Part shown: positions 54,171 to 64,000 of the stretch, piece after piece
How the letters are laid out: the number at the start of each line of letters is the position of its first letter
Numbering within the stretch: position 1 is the stretch's first letter
Notes under the pieces: model-generated
What the model was told of the DNA's origin: nothing
Databases searched by the model: none
The model's input: only the letters and a program-made list of their open reading frames with translations
Made by a program: the position numbers and the translations under genes
Assembly: GCA_951406725.2 (NCBI GenBank)
Contig: OX597838.1
Span: 36,766,001 to 36,830,000, forward strand
Direction of reading: 5' to 3'
DNA from: Octopus vulgaris
Lineage: Eukaryota
DNA length: 64,000 bases

Positions 54171-54752
54171 AACAAGGAGGGAAAATAAAGAATGTGTAGT
54201 GGCTAGCAATCTATCATGATATATATATATATATATATGTATCTCTCTCTCTCTCCATATATATATATATATGTTTGTGTATGAAGGCATGTATATATCT
54301 ATATAATAGCATGCGCACACACACACGCACACACATACACATATATATGGATCATTATATGGGCATTGTGTTGTGTTCTTGAGCAAAGCACTTTGTTTCA
54401 TGTTGCTCTGCGATCATTTCGACATGTGATTTGTAGCTCCCAGTTGTACCTGTACAGGTAATGTTGGTTTGATGGAGGGAATGAGCTTATGTCTACACAA
54501 ACATTTCATCACTGTAAACAAATCATCTGTCTGGTTGTTCGGTAAGAAATTGTCAAACCTTCATACATTATCTAACGATGGGAGAGTCCATCTAACGATG
54601 GGAGAGTCTAACAATGGGAGAGTCCATATCATGATCATGATCATTTTCCGGTACAAGTTCCACCACTTTGAATGAGTGTGCACCCAACTCCTGCCAGCAT
54701 GGAGAGCAAACGTTAAACAATAATAATGATGATGATATATATATATAAATAT

Positions 54753-55064
54753 GTGGAGACGCAATGGCCCAGTGGTTAGGGCAGCGGACTCGTGGTTGCA
54801 GGATCACGGTTTCGATTCCCAGACCGGGTGTTGTGATTGTTTATTGAGCGAAAACACCTAAAGCCCCACGAGGATCCAGCAGGAGTTGGTGGCAATCCCT
54901 TCTGTACTCTTTCACCACAACTTTCTCTCATTCTTTCTTCTGTTGGCCTGCTCGTTTAGCCAGCGGGGTGGCGTCATTTGAAGGTTAAAACAAAGCGAAG
55001 CGCATTGTGACCAGCAATGTATAGCAACATCTGATTGCCCGGGCGGCCACGGTGATCATGGTGA
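54753..55064 (+). mobile_element. SINE family B2, full length
   Basis: tRNA-like head; matches 33755-34051. Confidence 0.85.
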
Positions 55065-55604
55065 TATATATATATATATGTATCCACACTCAGATGCAGT
55101 TTTTCAGTGTCCGTCTACCAAATCTACTCACAAGGCTTCTGGCTGTCCTGGAGCTCTACTAGATGACTGACCCTTATCCAAGTTGCCACACAGTAGGATC
55201 GAACTTCCAACCCCGTAGTCACGAACTGGGCTTGATAAGCTCTGATAGAATAAGTACCAGACTTCATAAAACAAGTACTTGGCTGAATTTGTTCAACTAA
55301 ACCCCTTCGAAGCAGTGCCCCAGCATGGCCGCAGTCCAGAGACTGAAACAAGTAATAGGTCAAAGGATAAATCCATCACCATGGATGTTTATTCTTTTCA
55401 TGGACCCCAAAAGTATAAAAAAAATTAATTTGACCTGGGTACGATTTGAAATCACAGTGCAGTGATTTAGATCAAATACCAAAAGACACTCTAGCCATCG
55501 TTAATTACTCTGCTGATTTGTCATTTTAATTTAATACCTGATTATAAATTAATACTTGGATTATTTCACCTTAATTGTGGTAAAGACATTTGTAATTATT
55601 AAAA

Positions 55605-55689
55605 TTTCCTCTGTTCTTTCTTTTGTAGGTGAGTGTGTTTGGTTTATATTGAAAATAACTGGCAATCGGAATCGGTCAGTACAGTGAGT
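55605..55689 (+). promoter_or_regulatory. Candidate recursive splice site (3'ss immediately followed by 5'ss) with cryptic RS-exon
   Basis: TTTCCTCTGTTCTTTCTTTTGTAG|GTGAGT at 55628/55629; downstream donors G|GTCAGT (55675) and A|GTGAGT (55684). Confidence 0.45.
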
Positions 55690-56778
55690 CATTTTATATT
55701 TCATTTGCTTTCCGAATCATCTTTCTCTTTATAGCCACTGCCATCTCTTCATCACTGCCACTATTAGCCATGATGCTTTTCTCATTACAATTCCATTAAT
55801 CAACTGTTAATTAACAACCTATCTTAATTATCATGACCATCAATGTTTTTCCCATCCACTTTATGATGCCGGCTTAGGTTAGTCAGATGAAAATTCTTAA
55901 ATGCGGATTTTTCAAGCATCGGATGCTCTTCCTGTCGCCCATCCTTACCTTTCTTCCAAACTAATATAAAAGAATATTTTTCCTTCTTCATTGGCAAATG
56001 AATAACTCAAAAGATGGGCATGTTCTTCTTGTGTGCTTCTGTTTGTGGAATATTATTAAGGAATGAGAACATTTGTAGTCAAGGTGTAAATTTTAGGTCA
56101 GGGAGAAGACACACCCTTGTGAGGGTGGGGTGATGGATAGTTCCTGGCTTTAAGGGTATTGCAATGGGCCTAGTTGGAGGCCCAACGTTCTGAGTTCTTT
56201 TACAGAGCTTAGAAAAACTGAAGGACCACTGCAATGAGTGTGTGAATCTGAGAGGGCAATATGTGGAATAAAATCATGATTAACTGATCCTTGTATATTT
56301 CCTTTTACCCCAAGCCAGGAACTTTTTAGGGCCCTCTTGTACATCATCATCATCATTGTTATCATTGCCATCATTATCATCGTCATACAGTGTTCATGTT
56401 CCATGGTGGCATAGGTTAGACAAGATTCTCAGGATCCAGTGGATCTAAAGCCTGTATCATACTCCAGTGTTTTCTCTGGCAGAGTTTCAATGGCTCGACG
56501 CCCTTCCTAATGCCAACCACTTCACAGCAGGTACTGGGTGATTTTCTTTCTGCCAGCAGCACCGGTGAAGTTTCCCACTATAGTTCTTTACATATTGAGA
56601 GATAGTCTAAACAGCAGAGGATGTCTTAATTAGGTCCTTGGATTCTTCTTCCATCAGCTTCTATTAGAACATGAAGATGGACGAAATGCTGCTAAGCATT
56701 TTGCTTGGTGTGCTAACAAATCTGCCAGCTCAGCACCTTATATAACTGGTAAATATTAAGAATTAAACTGTAACCGAC

Positions 56779-57178
56779 ATCATCATCATCATCATCATCA
56801 TTTAACGTCCGTTTTCCGTGCTAGCACACGGGTTGGACGGTTCGACCGGGGTCTGGGAAGCCAGGGGCTGCACCAAGCTCCAGTCTGATCTTGCAGTGTT
56901 TCTACAGCTGGATGCCCTTCCTAACGCCAAACACTCCGTGGGTGTAGTGGGTGCTTTTTATGTGCCACCGGCACAGGGGCCAGAGGAGGCTGGGCAAATG
57001 ACCACAATCGGTTGGTGCCTTTTACGTGTCACTGACACGGATGCCGGTCAGGTGGCTCTGGCATCATCCACGTTCGGATGGTGCTTTTTATGTGCCACCG
57101 GCACAGGTATCATAGCTACAATTCCCATTTGATTTTTATTTTGATGTTGGTGTTGACGTACTTGGACTCAATAGGTCA
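56779..57178 (-). mobile_element. SINE family D
   Basis: Family motif and internal repeats. Confidence 0.85.
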
Positions 57179-57376
57179 ACATATCAAATGGTAGGGTGCT
57201 GAAAGCACCACAGAAGATGACCTTGGGCAAGAGAGCACAGAGATGAACCTTGCCCTCTCTGCCCCTCCCCCCATGTACCAACATACACACATGTAGTTAG
57301 ATGGATGGATTTTTGTTGAGACAGGGTCTCTGTAGGCAGTTGCCTTTCTTGCCACCAAGCATGGTAATATTTCCCA

Positions 57377-57800
57377 TGGCGCAGGAGTGGCTGTGTGGTA
57401 AGTAGCCTGTCTACCAACCACATGGTTCCGGGTTCTGTCCCACTGCATGGCACCTTGGGCAAGTGTCTTCTACTATAGCCTCGGGCCGACCAAAGCCTTG
57501 TGAGTGGATTTGGTAGACGGAAACTGAAAGAAGCCCGTCATATATATGTATATATATATATGTATGCGTGTGTGTATGTTTGTGTGTCTGTGTTTGTCCC
57601 CATAGCATTGCTTGACAACAGATGCCGGTGTGTTTATGTCCCCGTCACTTAGCGGTTTGGCAAAAGAGACCGATAGAATAAGTACTAGGCTTACAAAAGA
57701 ATAAGTTCTGGGGTCGAGTTGCTCGATTAAAGGCAGTGCTCCAGCATGGCCGCAGTCAAATGACTGAAACAAGTAAAAAAAGTGTAAAAAAAAGAGAGTA
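57377..57800 (+). mobile_element. SINE family A, full length
   Basis: Family match. Confidence 0.92.
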
Positions 57801-57834
57801 TATGTTTCTCATGGAAGACTGGAAATATGCAATG

Positions 57835-58158
57835 AGTGTAACCTCTCGAAAGAGCTGTTCTTCACTCCTGCTCCAGAGTGTGGGCTGCGGGGTCACTCCG
57901 AAAAGCTCTATCTACGACGATTTCATCTCAATCGGAGGAGAGGGGCTTTCTCCATCTGAGTTGCGGATCCGTGGAATAAGCTGCCGGATGAGATAGTGAA
58001 GATGCCGACGACTGCTCGGTTCAAAGTCTCTCTTGACCAGAAATGGCCTGAACTCTTTGTTTGACCATACTCCCTGTACATAACTCCCTATCCCCCTACA
58101 TGGCCTTGCTTATGCTTTTTTAGCCAATAAAAATTGAATTGAATTGAATTGAATTGAA
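57835..58158 (+). mobile_element. CR1 LINE 3' end with (TTGAA)n tail
   Basis: Homologous to 16790-17090. Confidence 0.85.
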
Positions 58159-58442
58159 CTCATATAACGGTGTGCTCATGAGCAAAGCAGACAAGGGTGC
58201 TTACAAAGACATATTTATAAATAAAGAATATAAGGACCCAATCTCATGCATCCATGTGTGTGTGTGTGAGATGGGTTTCTTTTAGGTTCTGTCTACCAGA
58301 TTACCTCACAGGGCTTTAGCTGACTCAGGGCTGCTGTAAATAATATTCCCCAGGTGGGACAGAAACCAAGACCATTTGGTTCAGAGGCAAGCTTTTCAAC
58401 CATACAGTCATGCCCCTACTATACATATGTGTGTGTGTGCAC

Positions 58443-58488
<46 letters not shown>

Positions 58489-58675
58489 ACGTGTGTGTAA
58501 TTGATATATCCCCATATCATCATCATCATCGTTTAATGTTCACTTTCCATGCTAGCATGGTTTGGACGATTTAGCTGAGGTCTAGCGAACCAGATGGCTG
58601 CACCAGACTCCAATCTGATCTGACAGAGTTTCTACAGCTGGATGCCCTTCCTAAGGCCAATCCCCATATATATAA

Positions 58676-58715
<40 letters not shown>

Positions 58716-58927
58716 ATCAATATGTATGTATATATACATATATGTATGTGAATACAATATATATTTTTACATATATATATATATATATATGTATGCATAT
58801 GTATATAAATATATATTCATATATATACATACTTAGCTGTGTATGTGTATATATGAATATATGTATGTACATACATAGATATGTATATATAAAAATGTGT
58901 CTACATGTCTATACATGTATATAGGTG

Positions 58928-58958
<31 letters not shown>

Positions 58959-58966
58959 ATCTATCT

Positions 58967-59016
<50 letters not shown>

Positions 59017-59287
59017 TTATATATAACTACCTACATTGATATGTTTTATATATACCAACCCATAAACAGTAAACAAACAAACAAACTATAACCAAAACAA
59101 AAAAAAAAACAAAATCATAGAAACACAAAGAAATATATATAAAAAAGAAGAACAAACAAATAAGAAATACAAAGCAAAAAAAAAAAAAAACGGAAAGAAA
59201 TAAAATAAAATAGAAAAAAAAAATGCTGAGATGTTGATCTGAGATTTCTAGAGAATAAGAAAATAGCATCTGCTCGACCTAACGGAC

Positions 59288-59336
59288 TGATGCAATCATT
59301 TCTGCGGTAATACTAGTTGTCTTGGCAACGGAAATA
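59288..59336. promoter_or_regulatory. Motif cluster: C/EBP-ATF site, RFX X-box and ETS core
   Basis: TGATGCAAT (59288), GTTGTCTTGGCAAC (59316-59329) and an overlapping CGGAAAT in a unique island. Confidence 0.35.
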
Positions 59337-59614
59337 TCCTTTTGTCGTGATTGATAATTATATATTAGAAGTTATCTCTGCCAACAGAAGCAATATTTGT
59401 GGGGGTTAAAACGGTGAAAAGAAAAAGAAGAAAAAAGAAAAAGAAAAAAGAACCCCCCCCCCACCAACAAAAAAAAAACAAAGAAAAAAGAACAAGAAAA
59501 AAGCAAAGTAAAGTAAAGGAAAAAGCAAAAGGGTAAAGGAAAAAGGAGAGGAATGAGAAGAAGAGGAAGAGGAAGAGAAGAGAGGAGGAAATAATAAATA
59601 AATAAATATATGTG

Positions 59615-59668
<54 letters not shown>

Positions 59669-59765
59669 TATAGATAAATAAATAAAGGCTGATTTGAAAA
59701 GATTGGTTTATTACATTTATGATATACATACATACATAATATATATATATATATATGTATGTATA

Positions 59766-59805
<40 letters not shown>

Positions 59806-60053
59806 TGTATATATATATGCATATATATATATATCTATATATATATATATATATATATATTGTATGTATGTATGTATATATCTGCGTGTGTGTGTATACA
59901 CAATATGCGCATGTATTTACATATATCCACATATATAATTTCTTATAAACACACGTATGCATATATACATGTATTCGTAAAAAAGAAATAGAATCAAAAG
60001 GAAGAGGGAATATGTATATATGCATGTCTCTCTCTTTCTCTCCCTTTCTCCCC

Positions 60054-60104
<51 letters not shown>

Positions 60105-60107
<3 letters not shown>

Positions 60108-60510
60108 GGATGTTGTATTCCTAGCAAGGCAACTGCAGGAGAAATACTTGACTAAGAGCAAGCTACCATTCACGATATTTCATTAACTTAAAGAAGGCCC
60201 TTAACAAGCTACTGTTGATCTAGTTCTCTCTGCAGAATTTACAGAGAGGAAACTCCAGGTATGGAAGCTAACCCTAGATTCAAGTAGCCTGGCGATGACT
60301 TTAGAAAATACTAAGTTTTAGTATGTAGGAAAAACTATATGACCCCACTATTGTGAAAGAAATGGCCTTGCTTGATGTGCAGGAAAGGTGTGGGTATAAA
60401 CTCCATACACTCTGTCCAATGTAAGTTATGGACACACCAGGAATGTAATTGGACCACAGATGCACTAACACAGAAAGAAGGCTTTGTTTGTGAGAGATAC
60501 CCTGGAGAAA
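60105..60510 (+). pseudogene. Decayed RTE-clade reverse transcriptase with Cys-rich insert
   Basis: DVVFLARQLQEKYL (cf. DAIF..RQLQEK) and WPCLMCRKGVGINSI..VQCKLWTHQEC. Confidence 0.7.
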
Positions 60511-61119
60511 TATGTATTGTTACTGTTACAATGTCTTCTACATATATTTCTTGCTGTATTGAATATATGCTTAGACCGAACCTTTCAGTACAAACCACAG
60601 AACCTGAACTATCTGTGACCTGAAACACCATATAGTTTTAACCTCATGTCCTTGCGTTTATATACTCTTATCTCCAACCGGTTTCAACTCTCCAGGTTTG
60701 AATCTCTTCTAAATTCACCCTGAAAAGTAGTGTCTCTCTTTACATCGACTCCTCTCTTCCTTTTGCATCTGTTAACTGAATATCATAAATAATACTCTGT
60801 ATCAAAGCCTTTTTCCTTCATTCTCTCAAACGCGTCTGTACACTCTGGCCTGTAGCTCTCCCCTAAGTTCATAAATCACCAGAATCTCTTCAACTACATA
60901 TCCTCCTGTATTGCAGATATGCATGGTTCAGTGGTTAGGGTGTTGGCCTCATGATCATAAGATTGTGGTTTCGATTCCTGGTCCAGGCGATTCATTGTGT
61001 TCCTGAGCAAACCACTCTTTTTCACATTGCTCCCAGTTACGCTCAGTTGGCAAAAATGAGTATTTCTACAATGGACAGGTGTTTCATACAGGGATGGAGT
61101 AGGTGAATATATATATATA

Positions 61120-61356
61120 TTTCTTTACTGCCCACAAGGAGCTAAACATAGACGGGGACAAACAAGGACAGACGAAGGGATTGAGTCGATTACATCGACC
61201 CCAGTGCGTAACTGATAATTTATCGCCCCCCCCCCCCCCGAAAGGATGAAAGGCAAAGTCGACCTCGGCGGAATTTGAACTCAGAATGTAACGACTGATG
61301 AAATACCGCTAAGCATTTCGCCCGGAGCGCTAATGTGTCTGCCAGCTCGCCGCCTT
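61120..61356 (-). mobile_element. SINE family C, full length
   Basis: AAGGCGGCGAGCTGGCAG head on the minus strand. Confidence 0.88.
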
Positions 61357-61759
61357 CGGGGAATATGTATATATTCCACAGAAACATCCTTCAATGTGTC
61401 CCCCCCCCCCAAAAAAAAGGGGGCAAACCTTTGTGTTCTTGCCAACTACAGCCCTCTAACACTCACTTGTAAGATCTCTCAGATAATGGAGGTAAACATT
61501 AATACAGACGTCCTGCAACAACTTATTCTTTCCTCAATGACCATCAGTACACTTTCCAGAATCCCAAATCCATTGATGACTTACTCTCCTCTCTGATTCC
61601 TACCCCACCACCAGAGGGCTTTTTGTCTTGGAGAATCATTGGATGTCTTAACAGGAGCTGGCAAGGCCAGGAACTAAACTGAGTTCCATAATTTGTTTTG
61701 GCATGGTTTCTATAGCTGGAGGCCCTTCCTAACACCCACCATTTCACAGAGTGTACTGG

Positions 61760-62285
61760 GTGGTTTTTTTTATGTGACACCACCCCCAGTGCTTTTTATG
61801 CGGGACTAGCATCAGTGCTTTATATGTGACTCCCCCCCAAAAAAACCAGTACTTTTTACGTGGCACCAGCAGCAGTACTTTTTATATGGAACCAGTACCT
61901 GTGCTTTTTACATGGGGCCATCTCCACTGCTTTTTACACGGGGCCAGCACCAGTGCTTTTTATGTGACACCACACCCAGTACTTTTTATACGGGACTAGC
62001 ATCAGTGCTTTTTATGTGACACCGGCAGCAGTACTTTTTATATGGAACCAGTACCTGTGCTTTTTACATGGGGGCAGCACCAGTGCTTTTTATGTGGTAC
62101 CACACCAAGTGCTTTTTATGCGGGACTAGCATCAGTGCTTTTTATGTGATCCCCCAAACCAGTCCTTTTTACGTGGCACTGGCAGCAGTAGTTTTTACAT
62201 GGAACCAGTGCTTTTTACATGGTACCATCTCCAGTACGTTTTACATGGGGCCAACACCAGTGCTTTTTATGTGGCACCAGCAGCA
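61760..62285. repeat. Minisatellite of about 22 bp (CAGTGCTTTTTATGTGGCACCAG) expanded from the internal repeat of a family D-like SINE
   Basis: More than 20 degenerate units following a GCCCTTCCTAACACCCACC SINE segment. Confidence 0.8.
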
Positions 62286-62389
62286 AAGTTTTCGGTATTG
62301 CCTCACAGGAAGGTCCCTGACTAGAACTGCCTGCCAGTGAGTTCCACTCATTTCTTACTGCTATAGGGTTGCATCATTGCCAAATGTGT

Positions 62390-62700
62390 TAGTGGAGGTC
62401 TGTCTGTCCCTCATTCTCTCAACTTCAGTATGCCTATGACTGCAGGTTTATTCCCTCCCACCCACTCTCTTCCTTCTCTACATCAATGAATTACTTGCAG
62501 CCGCATCTATTGGAACCCATTCTTATGCAGATCACAATGCAACACTTTGTTCTTTCCGAACATTTTCCTCGACTGACTGGCATAAAGTCGATCACAGACA
62601 TGCTCTGACCTTTGACCTACAACTTTGCTGCTTTCTCTCACTGCTGTTTCTACTGCTACTATGATGGCACTTGCTCCTCCTCAGAGCTAGCTGCTCCCAC
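62390..62700 (+). pseudogene. Decayed CR1/Zenon-like reverse transcriptase fragment
   Basis: PTLFLLYINELL, HSYAD and FYCYYDGTCSSSELA motifs. Confidence 0.55.
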
Positions 62701-62854
62701 ACCACCTATATATGCATGCATATATATATATATATATATATTCACACATGCATACACACATATATACATTAATGTAAAGGTGCATATGAGTGTGTATTTA
62801 TATGTGTGTGAGTGTGTGTGAGTGAGACAACGTGTATGTATGTGTATCTATCTA

Positions 62855-62886
<32 letters not shown>

Positions 62887-62966
62887 TGTTTGTGTATATA
62901 TATATATATAGATAGATAGATAGACACACACACATAGATAGATAGACATATATATATAGGCATGTG

Positions 62967-63009
<43 letters not shown>

Positions 63010-63704
63010 ACACACGCATATAAATATATAGACATATATATATGCACACATGTATTGCATACACAGACACACATGCACGCATGCATACAGACACACACAC
63101 ACACACCATTCCCTCTCTCTTTCTCGTATCCACGTCCATAGTACAAAAGAGCGCAATTCTTGGAGGACATCTGCAGATTCTATTGAACACCCCCCCCCTG
63201 TTCTTTGCATCTAAACAAAATCCGTTTGTTCCTCTACCATTATTTTGTATATCTCTTAGAATTCACTTCGTTAAAATTCCCCGCCTCCACCACCACTTTA
63301 TTTTAAAAACCATTCTTATTTCAAAGTTTGTGTTGAACTCTTACCGCTGGTCCTTTAGTTTTAGATTTCAATTGTCTGGAGTTCTTTCTTGCTTCCAATG
63401 CCAAACTCTGTTTGAAGCATTCATTAAAATAAGATTTTTTGTTTTATTTCTCCAGAAATGTATTTTGACATTTTTCTTCTTCACCGATGTTTTTCTCTTG
63501 TGTGCATATATATGTGTGTGTGTGTTTGTGTATGTGTGTTTGTATGTATATGTGTGTGTGTCTAATTACTTGTTTGTCTTTCTGTCTATCTAGTAAACTA
63601 TTCACCTTTCTAGCCATCCCTCTATCTATTTACTTGTTGGTCTATCTATCTATCTACCTGTCGGTCTGTCTATCTATCTATCTATCTATCTATTTACCTA
63701 TCTG

Positions 63705-63735
<31 letters not shown>

Positions 63736-64000
63736 GTATATACATACATATGCTAACGTGGAAGATGGACGTTAAACGATGATGATGATTATGATATATT
63801 TATATATATACACGATGGATTCTCTTGTTCTGAACAACAAATGCAGGTTCAGTAGAATAAAGCAGAATTCATGTTCTATGGACACGAAAGTGTCTCTTGA
63901 GGCCTTTAGGCAATCTCCAGCAATCCTTTAGGCAAAAGGGACAAGTTGCACACTCAGTTTGCTTGTGTCCCTGTGGGTCCTTTCCTCTGTCTTTTCTTGA

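Overview
Repeat-saturated, AT-rich eukaryotic DNA. The SINE families and the very dense (TA)n/(CA)n/(ATC)n/(TAA)n microsatellites point to an octopus genome (inference from repeat content). No intact protein-coding gene is visible. Almost every ORF in the track is a translated microsatellite or SINE. Recognisable coding remnants are all retroelement fragments: RTE/RTE-X, CR1, R4/Dong and Penelope. There are also dozens of tRNA-derived SINE copies in several families, two Helitron-type elements, a Helentron-like element and a hAT MITE. The most notable structure is a set of self-cleaving ribozyme motifs. At least five unrelated short elements carry minimal type-I hammerheads with palindromic (dimer-type) stem III. 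These include a G3-C8 compensatory core variant and a recurrent A6U variant, and several sit in long inverted repeats typical of Penelope-like pseudo-LTRs. An HDV-like ribozyme fold lies at the 5' end of an RTE-like leader. A candidate recursive splice site (polypyrimidine-AG|GTGAGT with a short downstream cryptic exon) at 55628, an isolated exon-like island at 40149 and an RFX/ETS/ATF motif cluster at about 59300 suggest the window lies in a very long + strand intron. All coordinates were read by eye, and repeat boundaries are approximate.
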